Assembly (NCBI RefSeq): GCF_018350175.1
Contig: NC_058369.1
Coordinates: 20,462,001 to 20,526,000 of the forward strand
Reading direction: 5' to 3'
DNA: 64,000 nt
Source: Felis catus
Taxonomy: Eukaryota
Positions 1 through 12,740 of the stretch are shown here, one piece after another. The position numbers and the translations under genes were made by a program. The first letter of the stretch is position 1. The number at the start of each line of letters is the position of its first letter. The notes beneath the pieces are model-generated. The model was not told the origin of the DNA and ran no database searches. It saw only the letters and a program-made list of their open reading frames with translations.

Positions 1-2649
1 GTCAAAGTGGCCCCTCTGATCCTGTTCCTCTCAGTCCTGGGTCACTCTAGAAGATACTGTGTCCACATTCAGAGCTAGGTTATACCCTGACACCTGGGAT
101 GGCTCAGGGATGCTTAGTCTCCACCTACTCTTAGAGTTGGGCAGTATATTTCTGCCTAGAAGAGATTCTCACAAAAGCTTCAGGGAACCATGGACCCTCA
201 GACTTCAAGTGCTCATGACTATCACAGACTATCTGGTCTCTAAGGACCTAAGGCCACAGGTTCCACAGTGCTTATGTTATAGAGGAAGAGACTGAGGATC
301 ATATAGCAAGAGTTGTATTGATCTCACACAGTTCACGCGTGCTTTTTTTTTAAGCGGTATTTGAACACTTGATCTATGCCATGCTGCTGGGCACTGGGGC
401 ACCTCGGGGACCAAAGGGCCTAGCCCCAAGGACCTCTCAGTGTGGGTATATCAGGGGAGCCTGGGGGAGAAACCCCATCCAGTCCTGGGGAAGACTAAGA
501 ACCCAAGCCTTCTCCCTCGGCTGCCTCCCTAAGCAGTGTCCAGCATGGGGCCCTGTGTATTTGTGGTTCACAGAAGGAAGGGACAGGATCTAGGTTGCAC
601 TGTTGTGTGGCCCATCCCCACACCCTCTCCCTCTCCTGGCTGAGCACAATGGGGGCCATAACCTGCTTCTGTGTGAATGTAGGGAGGAATGAGGCTATTT
701 CAGGCTCTGTGAGTGGGACAGGGAGTGACCAGGTGAGAGGTGGCCACCTGCTGTCATTGCTGCCCTCCCCCATAATGTGTGGACTGACAGCTCTCTAGCC
801 ACTCCCCTTCTAGGCCTCAGCTCCTGGCCTCAGCTGGGCAGGGGGACGCTGGTTTCTGAGAAAGGCCTGGTGGGGCCTCACTTGGCTGTGGGCCCAGGAG
901 TGACACCGGAAAGGGCACCACTGAGGCAGGGTCATGGCAATTGCTGTGGACTTTTTTGTGTCAAATGCTGTTTGAACATATATATCTCATCAGCTTTGTG
1001 TCCTGGATTTGTCAGCATATATATGTCAGTCAACTCCAGATCCTGGAGTTCTGTATGGGAGGAAGTTGCAGGGTCTGGGGAAGTGTTGGGCAAGATAAAG
1101 GATTCCATTCTGTATCCCTGAGGGCCTTTGGAGAGGTAGGACAAGGAATGAGGGAGCATGTGACAGGAAGTGGACAGACCCTGGCAGTGACTCATAGGTG
1201 TTCCTTCCCTCTCCAGGGCCCAACATTCTTGGAGTGCAGCCATTTCTTCTTCTAAGGACCAAGGGAGGGGGTGCGTTCCAGAGTCAGTCACCAATCTGTG
1301 CCTGCTCCCTTCCCTCAGTGCACAAGCATGTGAACACACACGTACACACACACACAGATCCAATTCTGCCCTTGTAAAGCTGGAGAAGGGTCAGAACTGC
1401 TCTGCTCTCAGCCCTGTTTCTGAGGTGCAGTGTGGGGGTCTGGACAATGACTTTAGCCTCCCCTCCTTGGCCTGGTCCCTCTGGGAGCCTTGGGTGTTGG
1501 TGGGAGGGAAGGAGCTGGGAAGAAGACCCCTGGTGGCTCACTTGATCCTGGCCAGCTCTGGCCTGTGGATAGGCTGTACTGGCTCAGCTGCTCTCACCAT
1601 GCCCATGGATCTGTCCTGTGTGCCAGCCTGGCCCTCCACCTGTTGCCCCACCCTCTGCTGCTACCGCCTCCACTGCTGTTTGGGCCTTAAGCAACCTGTC
1701 TGCCTGCCCTTGTGGGGAGCCTGACTGAGGCAAATGGGGCGTGGTAGCCAGTTCAGTTTACCTGGCTGAGGCCTAGGAGAGGGTGCTTGCCCTAGGCATG
1801 GGGCAGATATGGGAACTGGTGGTGCTTGGGTTCTGCCTTTAGTAAACTAGACTGTATTGAAGCTCCTTTTTTCTCTTGAGTCCACTGAAAGCCGGCTTGG
1901 GACCACCACGTCTGCAGGGGCTAAGGCTGGTAAGAGTATGGATTTAGGCCTGTGCTGCACTTCCCCTTCCCCTTTAGTGTGTTTGGGGATGGGACGTCCT
2001 GCACTCCCAGGAGACATTGAGACCACATGGACCCTGGGAAGGAATGAGGGAGTGGGATTTCCCAGGGTTGACCCTTGACAAAGGGCAGTGGGAATGTGGG
2101 CTAGCTGGTGTTTCCCAAAGCCCAGACCATTCCCTACCTCAGTTACCTGCGATGATTTTCTGCTAGATGGAGTCCAGGCTTTTGCTCTATAAGCAGTTTA
2201 ACTGTGTGGGGCAGCCCTGGAAAGGCACACCCCCTCTTCTCAGCAGAGCTGTCTTTGGTAGGGAGGAGGACTGAGGTGTGGGAAGAGAGGGCTTTGGACT
2301 CTTTCTGAGTTTGAATCAAGGCCCCACTGCTTCCTGGAGTGTGATTCTGAGTGAGTCACTTGGCCTTTCCAAGAATCTCTACCTCGGGTTTTATTTCTCT
2401 AGGGACTAAGTAATAAGGGTAAGGCCCAATACCTGGTCCCCAGTAGATGCTTAGCACTCTTGCCTACCCCCACCCCCATGCCTCGTGCCACTAGGACTTT
2501 GTACTTTTGGGAACCCTGCTTGCCTGCCTCTGGCCTAGCCTCCTGCAGGTCGCCTAGGCCATGTGACGAGGTACAGCATAGAGAGAGTCCATTGTGCAGG
2601 CCATTCCTAGCCAGGGCCTATATCTTGGGCTTCCAGGTGCTGTGGGTTG

Positions 2650-2870
2650 TGTGGCACAGCTCTGGGGCCAGTCTGCCTGGGTTCAAATCCGGACTCCACA
2701 ACACTACCTTGTTGTGTGGCCCTTGCTAAATAGCTTTGCTGTCTGGGTCTTAGAAACAGAATTGATAAAAGTACCTATTGCACAATGCTGTTTGGATTGA
2801 ATGAGCTGATGTACAGAAGGCAGCAACCGGGGCAGACGGAAAGCACCTTGTCAGGTACCAGCTGTTGTTA
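2650..2870 (+). mobile_element. MIR SINE (degraded)
   Basis: ctgcctgggttcaaatcc B-box-like core and ggattgaatgagctgatg 3' segment typical of MIR; boundaries approximate. Confidence 0.65.
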
Positions 2871-3496
2871 CGATATGCTTGGGACTGAAAGTAGGAAGGC
2901 CCTGAAAGACTTCTAGGTGAGAGTTCCCATAAAGCCCCTGGACCCCCCCTTTGGAGGTTGGCATCCTGCTGACTCCCCTCCCCTCCAGCCTGAAATATGG
3001 GTCCTACCCTCTGACCCTGATGTCTGTGTCACTCCCTTCATGACTAGTCCTAGCCCAGCTTTTGCCTTTGGGTGCCACCTGCTTGGGGAAGTTGGTATGT
3101 TGACCTGCAGCACCTCAGAGGTTAAATGAATCCACTGTTCACCCTCCAGCAATGAACAGCTGTGGCTGCTCTGTTCCCCTGGGGGGGGGGGGGGGTACCA
3201 GTGCAAGTGAAGGGCATTGTTGCTGTTTCTCCCCTTACTATGGGCAGCTCTGGGCTGGATATGCTGACCAGGGAGGAGTCAAGGCAGCCCTCCAGGCCTG
3301 AGATTGGCAAGCATTGCATCTCTCCTTGTCAGATGTTGCAGGTTATGGACCTAGGGCTGGCCATTTCTACTGACCAGCCATTGACCCCAAAATGGGCCAG
3401 CTGACACCATTTTCCTTTCCTGGATCCTGGAAGATAATCAGTCTTGTCCTGTTTCCAGTGAAGTCTTGGCCAGACAGGAACCTTCTTTTCTTCTTC

Positions 3497-3559
3497 TTTT
3501 TTTAAATGTTTATTTATTTGTTTTGAGAGAGAGTGGTCATGTGTGTGGGAGGGAGGGGC

Positions 3560-3612
<53 letters not shown>

Positions 3613-3738
3613 CCCAAGCAGGCTGTGTACTATCAGTCCAGAGCCCAACATGGGTCTCAGTCTCACAAACTTTGCGATCATGACCTGAGCCAAAATCAAG
3701 AGTCAGATGCTTAACTGACTGAGCCATCCAGGCACCCT
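3497..3738 (-). mobile_element. CAN-SINE (SINEC) with long (GA)n tract
   Basis: T-rich tail, (GA)n, gatcatgacctgagccaaaatcaagagtcagatgcttaactgactgagccatccaggcaccc; approximate TSD ggaaccttcttttc / gggaccctcttttc. Confidence 0.95.
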
Positions 3739-5769
3739 GGGACCCTCTTTTCACTATGGCTTCACCAATAGGGTCAACCTGTTACTGCAAGACCTCTCTG
3801 GAAAGGGTAGTGGGGCCAATTTGTGTCCAGAAGCTTTAGATTCCAAGCAGACCACCCTCTTCTCCCATGCCAGGACTCAAGAGGCCTCATAGCTCTTGTT
3901 CTAGGCATAAGTACCCTGAGAAATGACTGCTACAGGGAGGAAAGGGAGCAAGCAGATGGAACTAAGAGGCCCAGGCTGACCTCCTAGGGCCGGGCCCAAA
4001 TAGAGACATCGTATTGAACCAAGGTGGGTGGAGTTTCTAGCTATCAGGACATTCCTTTATCTTCTAGGCTCCTGACAACCTCAGTGGGCCATTCTCTTGG
4101 AGGTGGGCATGGGCTCTCTAGGGAGCCCAGGGAAGCCTTCCCCTGCTCCTAAGCCAGCTTTGCCATTCCCCAGCTAGTCTTAGGGCCTGTTCCCTCTTCT
4201 TGCTGGTGCCTGGTTCAGCTGCCTCCCGGCTCCAGCTTGGTACAGAGCTGCTTAGTAGTTGGTGGACTTACTGAGTAACCACTTAGTTTGCCCCTTAGCC
4301 ACTGGCCAGGGTAGAACAGGGTAGAGGTGGTGGGTGGGGGAACAGGAAATGTCCTCACTTGTGGAAATGAGGGGTTGCTCAGACAGAAAGGAAGAACCTG
4401 TGGCTAACACACCTTCAAGATCTCAGAAGTCCTGCCTCCTTATTAGCTGCTTCCCTTTCCTTTGATGAGCATTCCTCTTTTCAAATTGGAGGAAGAAAAG
4501 TTTTGCTCATGTGCAGGGCCCCTGTGTGTACATGTGCGTGCATGTGTGTGCTGTTGCTGAGCACAGCCCAAGAACTTAATGTGTGGACAGGATCCTGGGC
4601 CATTTTGTCTAGAAGCCTAGAGTGGTGGGGAGAGATGGAGAGGCTGTCAGTTACCATGCAGCACAAGGTCTGCTCCTTTGGGTGAACGTTTGGGATCATA
4701 GAGGAAGAGCTGCTCGGCAGAGAGCATCAGAAGGCTTTGAGTAGGAGGGTTGAGCTGAGTCTTGAAGAATGGGCAAGAGTTGCCCAGGCAGAAGGAACTC
4801 TGGAGTAGGGTGAAGAAGGACACTCTAGGCAGAGGAAGTAGCTTATGCAAAGGCAGGAAGCATGGGAGGACGTGGCATGTCTGGGAAGCTGCAAATAGTT
4901 CTGTGTGGGCGTGTGCGGGGTTGTGGTGGGAGAGGAGGTTGGCAAGGTGGGCTGGGCCAGAACCTAGATTTGTCCCTCCCTCTGCCACTCAGATGCTCAT
5001 GGGCACCTGCCCACCTGGGTTCTGGCCCCTGCTGGGGCCTTGGGGATGCAAAAAAGGAGTGTTAGGTGAGTGTGTGGACAAATCTAGGCAGTATTGCGTG
5101 GACGACGTAAGGCAATGTCTCATGCTGGGCTCGGGAATTTCATCCTAGAGCTGAATTGGGAGCCATTGAAAAGTTCTAAGCAGGGTGGTCATGGGTGTTG
5201 TGGTGCTTTTTGGGGATCGAGGAGGATGTTGAGCTGGGAGCTCCATGAGGGCTGCTGAAGTGATCCCAGAAAAGATCCTGGGACCCAGTCCCAGGTGGGC
5301 CAGAGGTGATCAGGTGACCTTCCATCCATTTCTCCATCTAACCTATATTGAATATTTCTTTTGTGTATCCTAAGTTGCTGGGGTCTGGATCATGGTGATT
5401 GGTATTACAGCAGGCACTGTTCCTTGGTCTGTCAGCAGGAGGCCTTGCTGGTATGTCCAGGCTCAAGCCTTTGGTGTGAATGGAGCAGTTGCACCATCTG
5501 TAGACAAAAGGTGGTACTGCACTTGCCTGGGTTGGGTGGGAGGAGTGGCCAGCTGGCTAAGTGGCTGCTTCCAGGTAGAGTTGATGAAGGCAAGAGTTTA
5601 CAGCAAAATGTTGGGGGGGGAGGAGTGCCACAGAGCTACCCTGAAAGACTCCCCAGGAGGGTGCTTGAACCTGAAGATGGGCAAGGAGGAGCTACATTTT
5701 AAGAAGTTTGGTGAATGGGCATTCTCCAGGCCAAGGGTCACTTGTTTTTCCTGTATCATAGCTATTAAT

Positions 5770-5970
5770 ATAACCAACAACATTTACAGAGCACTTGTTA
5801 AGTTCTGTACCAGGATGAGCCCTCATATAAAGCATCTCATTTAATATGTCAATTCTGAAAGGAACTGGCACTCAAGAAACCAAGGGACTTATCCAGAGTC
5901 ACACAAGTCAAGATTCACACCCAGTCCTGCCTCCCTCTAGAAGTCGTGGTCCGACCGCTGGACCATATTG
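5770..5970 (-). mobile_element. MIR SINE (degraded)
   Basis: aacaacatttacagagcactt...atctcatttaat...gacttatccagagtcacaca pattern; boundaries approximate. Confidence 0.5.
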
Positions 5971-7131
5971 CCTGCCAGTAAAGCCCTGAGCTAGGCTTGA
6001 TGACGTAGCATTCAAGGGTGCAGCATGGGTGCCCTAGCTGCAGAGAGCTGTGAGACTGCATAGAAGTGAGAGCCTGGAGTTGATGCATGAGTCCCAGGCA
6101 AAGTGAGACTAGAAGGACAGAGCTAGGTTGATCAAAGAGAGGCAGAGCAGGGCTGAGAAAACCCTAGGACATTATTGACAGGGATTGGAAAGGGAGGGCA
6201 GAGGCAAGAACAGGTCAAAATGACTTCGTGGTGCTGGGAAGGTAGGCTGGGAAGAGGAGCACCTGAGGTAGAGGGACTTTGAATTTATGGGTCATTCACT
6301 GGGCCCCAGGTAGTGGGAGAAAGGGACCCTCGGGTCAAGGGAAATCTAGGATTGACAGCACAAGGTCTGTAATGAGTGTCTTAGATTCCAGACCAGATAC
6401 CCCTGGGGGCATCAGGGTCTGGTATAGACTCAGGTGGCAGGAAATGAGACAAATTGGGACCCCTTGACGCCAGAAGGAAAGGTGAGTGCTGGGCCTTACA
6501 GGCCTGGATCAGGCCTAGGAAGTGTGTAGACTCACATGGAGCCCCACCTGCCTTGGGTTTATGTGAGCCAGGAGAGGGAGGGCAGCTAGGGAGGGGAGCA
6601 GAGTACAGCGATGTGCAGGTACTGGGGGCCCAGGGAGATTTGGAGGGGAAGGAGCATTCTCCAGCTGAGCCAGGAAAGGACTTGGCAAGTGTGGTCTGGG
6701 ATGGGGGCATGGGTTGGAAAGGAGGTCCGGAGGCTCTGGTGTTGGTGGCTGGCCCTGCCTGAGGAACCCGGGAAGAGGATCTCACAGTTCCATCAGCAAC
6801 CCAGAGTCCAGTGTGGTCCCACTTCCTGATCAGTGCTTCCTGCAGCCTCTCCACAGCCAGCACAGGGTCTGGCATGCTTGTTGGAAGCATAAATGAAAGG
6901 ATGGATGAGTCCTGCAGCAAGATGCTATAGGCTGGGGCCATGGATAGGTTCTAGCAGGAAAATACTTCTCTCCGTCCTGGTATCTGGGGCTGTAGCCTGT
7001 TGGAACTGGTGGTTCTGCCAGGCCTGAGCTGTCACAGAACCCAAGTGGCAAGAGTTCCAAGAGCCTCCTTCCTTCGCCCAACACTAACACCCCTGCTCCC
7101 AACACTAACACTTCCTGCTCTTCCTCCCCAG

Positions 7132-7353
7132 GTACCCCCTGAGAAGTGCCGCTGTGCAGTGGGCAGCATTCTGAGTGAAGGTGAGGAGTCACCCTCCTCT
7201 GAGCTCATCCAGCTCTACCAGAAATTTGGCTTCAAGGTGTTCTCCTTCCCGGCACCCAGCCATGTGGTGACGGCCACCTTCCCCTATACCTCCACCCTGT
7301 CCATCTGGCTGGCTACCCGCCGTGTCCATCCTGCCCTGGATGCCTACATCAAG
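7132..7353 (+). CDS. TEX264: TEX264 internal coding exon (GyrI-like domain; VPPEKCRCAVGSILSEGEESPS...ALDAYIK), 222 nt, phase 0/0
   Basis: Translation recognisable as TEX264; polypyrimidine tract + cag acceptor, aag|gtgaga donor; splices in frame to the next two exons. The 5' exons are outside the window. Confidence 0.96.
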
Positions 7354-8056
7354 GTGAGAGACAGGCCTGGGGTATGCGTGTGCTGGGGGACAGCCAGTCC
7401 TGTGGGTGAAAGCCAGGGAGGACTGCCCAGGCTGGGAGGAAAAGCTGGTTTGGGGAGAGCAGCACCATGGGACCCCCATGGAGCAGGTGCCTGTAGAGCT
7501 AGGAATTTGGACAGAGGCTGCTGGCATCTGTCCCAAATGCCCAAGACCTTGTGGGTGCCAGAGCATCTACTGGGAGCACAGGGAGCTTGTTCAGAAACTT
7601 AGCCTGATCAGTTTGGCTTTGGCTTGGACCAGAGACATTTTTAGTTCTCAGGCCCCACTCCAGGCTCAGATGGATGGCCAGGTCTACCCTGACCCTTTCC
7701 TGATGGAGGCCCACAGAACAAGAGCCCTGAGGCTTCGGTGGCTGGCAGGCCCCAGGTGTTACTGTGTTGCCCCTGGCCCGGCCCACGCATGGGCTTATGC
7801 ACCTGCTGCCTGAGTGCAGAGCTGGGGCAGTGGTGAACACTGTCTCCTTCAGTTCCTGACCTAGTCTTTAGCAACGCTGGCAGCCTGGCCTACCTGAAGG
7901 AAGGAAGAGAGCCAGATACTAGGAGAATCTGATGAGGGGTCTCTGTGTCCACAGAGATTTTTTGAAACTTTCACTGTTGCACATCCCTCCTCCTCTGAAA
8001 CATTTTGTAAACTTGGGTATTAGGGAAATGGCCCAGTTGGGCTTGAAAGCAATTGC

Positions 8057-9120
8057 TTATTCATCCATTCAGCTTGAATTTACTGAATGTCTATGTGCCA
8101 CGTACTGTGCTGGACACAATGTGAGATGCTGGACACAGTGGTAGATAGGTATTGACAGCAAGTGGTAGAGACAGGTAATAAATATCAGACAAGGGGTGTC
8201 CAGCTGGCTCAGTTGGTGGAACATGCGACTCTTGATCTCAGTTTGAGATGTCAGTTTGAGCCCCACGATGGGTATAGAGATTACATAAAAATAAAATATT
8301 TTTTAAAAAGATAAATGTCAAACAAAAATGGGATATGTGCTAGAAAAGAATGGTGAGAAAAAACAGGGGTCCAGCTTGGATAGAGTGGTTAGGGACAGCC
8401 TCTTGGAGGAGGTTACCTCCCGGGTAGAATCCTGAAAGAGCACTTGGAGAAGGGGTGAAGAAGATTCCAGGCAGAGCAGAGTGGGAGCATGGGTTTGATC
8501 TAAAGGTGGTGGGAAATCACTGCAGTGTTGCATCCAGGAAAATAATACATCATTTCTAACCACGTGTATACAGAATAAGCTCTCTCATCCTGGGCAGTGG
8601 GTACTGGGTCCCAGATCATATTGGCCAGTGGAGGTACTTAAGAAGCTGTCAGGATTTCTAGTGTGAATGGTGGTGGCTTGGACTTGGGCAGTGGCTGTAG
8701 AGATACAGAAAAGGTGGAGATTTACAGTCTATTTTGGAGGTAGAACTGATGGACTTGTGCATGGATTGGATGTGGAGAGGCTGGGGAAGGAGGAGTCACA
8801 GCAGGCTCCAGTCCCCTTCAGCCTGGGCAGGTGGACAGGTGTGTAGTGGTGCTTTTAACTGAGATGTGGAGAGCTGAGGGAGGACCTGGTTTGGGGGGTG
8901 GGGAGTGCAACCAGCTCTGTGGGCTGTATAGTGGGGGAGCTGCCTGGGAGACATCTTGATAGAGGCGTGGAATCCCCAGTGCCATGTGCAGTTTGGACTT
9001 CAGAGAGAATTGGGGTGGTAGATATGTTTAGGGACCTGAGCCAGTGGATAGTATACACCCTGGGGACAGTTCCTGGCAGCAAGGACTGTGCACAGAGCGC
9101 AGCCAGTGTGGCTAGGGTCA
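8057..9120 (-). mobile_element. L2 LINE remnant interrupted by a SINE
   Basis: ttattcatccattc...tttactgaatgtctatgtgcca reverse-complement L2 3' end and downstream L2-like text (tattttggaggtagaactgatggactt); boundaries approximate. Confidence 0.6.
8193..8310 (+). mobile_element. Short CAN-SINE
   Basis: ggggtgtccagctggctcagttggtggaacatgcgactcttgatctc head, A-rich tail, TSD ataaatatcagacaa / ataaatgtcaaacaa. Confidence 0.9.
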
Positions 9121-12100
9121 AGGAACAGGAGAAGAAAGTCAGCAGGAATTTGAATTTGGTGGATTTGAAGGAATTCGATGGCTTTGTTCTCTAGAGCAGC
9201 CTGGAGGAAGGGACAAAGCCTTGGTGATGGGTAATGGGAGCTCAGACAGTCTTGGTTAGGGAGGTGTAGAGTCTGGTGTCAGGGCTGGGGAATGAATGAA
9301 TGAATGGGTCACCAGCTGTGGCCTTGGTGGTCAGGACAGGAAGAGAAGAAACAGGAGGGCTGTTGCTGTGGCAGGGCAGGAGCGTGAGGAAGACAGAGGT
9401 GGATTTCCTTTGTGGGCTGGCAGTGGCAGCTAGTAGGGTGCTGGAGGGGTTGTGCTTGCCTGGTGGTAAGTTGGACTAGAGGCTGAGGGACAAGGTGAGG
9501 CAAGAGGTGGGGTCGCTGGCTGGTGGTAAGGGCAGGAGGGCAGACATTGGTCCACTCAGCATGCTTCCCGAAGAAAGGCTGCTGTGTGGTGTCTCCAGTC
9601 CTGTCAGTGCCATCCTCAACCTCAGGATTGGCAGAGCACCCCCGGGAAGAGACTTTGTGGGTTCCAGACCTCAGAACAGGACATGTGGCATGTGGTGTGG
9701 TGGCGAGCAGCTCAGCCACCAAAGCCTTTTCCTGGCTTCAGGGGTTTATTTTTAGACACCTTTGTCCAAATTTCCCGGCCCCTGACAGCTTCACAAGTTG
9801 CCTGGTTTTGACGTCACCTCTTTGATGAAAGCCCTTCCTCCTTCCTCCTCCCGTGGGAGCCTGTTAGCTGTGCTCTGGGCTTCATTCTCCTGGGGTGGGG
9901 GCTGGAGCAGGGGGCTACCATTCTCTTTCTTGCCTTGGACGAAGAAGCCAGGGGTGTAGGAGAGAGCAAGGGGCTTCTCCAGGGATGTCTGTGAGGCACA
10001 GTGCTATGGGAGAAGAGAGATGCCAGACTGCCCCCAGTAGAGGCATGGCCCAAGGTGCTCTGATGGTTTCTGGAGGCAGGGGTCACCTCTGCCCCTGTGT
10101 TTAGCCTGATCTTGTGTCTCAGGGAGCACATCACATGAAATGAGGAAGGGGCTCAGCCTGTAGTGGACAGGGGGGGTGGCCCTGTGCCTCTCAGCCTAGG
10201 AAACAGAAGATAATTATAAAGCTCCCTCCCACACCTGCCCTCTTCCCCCACTGCCCTGGGACCAGAGAAAGAAGGCTGCTAATGAGACTATGGGCTCTTC
10301 TGACTGTCCCAGCTCTGACAGATAGCTGCCTTTGTGTGTATGTGTGTGTACGTGTATGTGTGCCCTTCTTTTTCTCCGCCTCTCTGGCTTTCAAGATCTG
10401 AGGCTGGGTTTGCTGTGAAGGTGTTTCAAATGGAATGACAGCAGCCATCGGCTTTCTGTTTCAGGAGAGGTGAGGGAGGCCAGTAGTTGTGCTGCCAGAA
10501 GGATGGAAGGAAGGGCTTGGCAGGCTGGAGCAGGGGGCAGGGTGAATGGTCTCAGGGTTTTGGGTGAGGGAGGTGGAGAGCAGGTGCTGTCCTGGCAGTT
10601 GCAGATGTTCCTGAGGCTGGGGCAGGATTGACCTCATGGGACAGAAAGGCCCTAGGGGTCACTGTAAGGACCCAAAGATGAAGCATTTGTCAGGTTTCTG
10701 TGAGGATTCTGGGAGGATGGATAGATCCCCAGCTTTGTGGTCTGTGTAGCAGCCCCTGGCTCTCCGGCCAGCCCTCCCCACCTTGGCAGCCTGGCAAGCT
10801 GAGCTGTAAGGGCTAGAACTCTGCCTTTTTTCACATAAACCACCGGGAGGCCCTAGGCAGAGCAATCTGGGACAGCATTTGTGCGAGGGATGCCTGGGTA
10901 CCACGTGACTATTGTTTTATGTGGAAGATGCCCCAGCTTTGTCAGGCTGCTCCACCAGAGTCCAAGGAGGTGGCCTCAGGACAGGAGGAGACCTGTCCCA
11001 GGAAGTGGGGTCTTTTGGCAGCTGCAGGAGGAAACTGAACTTCCCTGAAATTTCAGGGCCACCGAAGAGTTGGGGCCCAAGTGTCAGCCCAGAGCAATAG
11101 GCAAAGGCTCCCAGATTCACCACAGGGTAGAACCAGTCTTAATGAGTGTTCAGGGAATGCTTGGGGCACATGGAGCGGACCAGGACCGAGTGAGAGGCCT
11201 GGGGATCCCATGTGTGAGACTGTGTGTGAGAAGCCCCTGAGCTCAGTACATGGCTCACAGCTATCTGAAGCAGTTGTTGGGGAGGTCACTGAGAGTGTGA
11301 GACTGCCCAGCCCAGTCCCCCTGTGCCTGACTACCTCTCAACAGCATCCCTGATCTTCATAATCCCCCTTCCCCAAGGTTTCTGCTTTCTAGGAGTTTTC
11401 AGGGGAGGGTCCTTGTGATGCTTGGACATCTCCTGAGTTTAGGGAGACAAAGGGCATTGTCCATGTGGGAGCTGGTTGGCTGGGTAATACAGGTAGGCCT
11501 TGGAGGTCAGGTATTGGCTCTTTCTCCATAGAATTGTGGGGAAGCTGGGGCAGATGGGGGCGGGGTGGATATAGTGAGCTGGTTGTTTGGGGGAGTCTTG
11601 GTGGTAAAGTTTTGGGACAGCTGGGTTGATGGGATTGTCTTACTAGGGGTTTAAAGTAGCAGGAACCCCAGACCATAGCTCTCAGACCTCTTTGGGACAG
11701 GAGTCTAGGGCTATGCTTAGGTGCCCCTGTGTCTTGGCAGCCAGGGGTAGGGGACTACACTTGGTCCCTTACTTGCTTCAACTGGAGTAGCTCTTCCTCT
11801 GGGTTTTAATGAACCAGATGATCTTGTGAGCTTTTGTTTGGAGGAGGACATCTAAGGCTTAAGTGGTTTGAAAACCTCTGTCCTTAGAGAGGGACATAGC
11901 TGGGCAGATGCCCCCTCTACCCCTGGCCAACTGCATGTCTGTTGCAGATCCTGAGGACGCTGTGGCAGCTGCAGTGTGAGTGGAGCTGGGAGGCGCCTGG
12001 GCTCATCCCAAGTGCAAGCCAAGGGCAGCGCCCCCAGAAGAAGCAGTTGTTTCTGGGGAGCATGACTGACTGGGAGTTGGAGCTGAGGCGAGTCCTGCAG

Positions 12101-12544
12101 TTCTCCCTGGGGTGGTGGTGACTGAACTCTTGAGTGGTAGATGATCAGATGGTGTCACAGAGCAGCCAGCTGGGGACTAAGGAACAGGGGCCTCAGCAAG
12201 GTGCCTGCAAGAGTGAGTTGGTCTGTTGAGCTGTGGGAGTCTGTTGCTTCTTCCTAGTAGCATGGTCAGCCTGGGGTCCTCTCCAGTGGCTCAGAATCTT
12301 CTGTATGTGTTTCCACTTATCCTACCTGGGTAACCTTGAGGGAGTCAGTGCTGGAGGCGGGCAGGATTTGAGTCCACTCTGGGGCTAGAACACTAGTGTT
12401 ACTCCACTAGTGTGGAGTAACATGGCCCAGGCAGTGGGAATCTAGGTGAGGACACCCCAGTGGGATGTGAAATTTAGGGTAATCGCTCTCTGTGCCCATC
12501 ACCTTTGCTGAGCAAATGTGGGAGGGTTCCTAGCTTTTTTTTCA

Positions 12545-12740
12545 GAATTTATTTACTTTGAGAGAGAGTTGGGGAGTGGCAGAGAGAGGGAGAGAGAGAG
12601 AGAGAGAGAAAATCCCAAGCAGGCTCCACACTGCCAGTGTGGAGCCCGATATGGGGCTCAAACCCACAAACTGTGAGATCACGACCTGAGCCAAAATTGA
12701 GAGTCAGACACTTAACCAACTGAGCCACCCAGGTGGCCCT
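12545..12740 (-). mobile_element. CAN-SINE
   Basis: tttatttactttgagagaga...gagatcacgacctgagccaaaattgagagtcagacacttaaccaactgagccacccagg. Confidence 0.93.
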
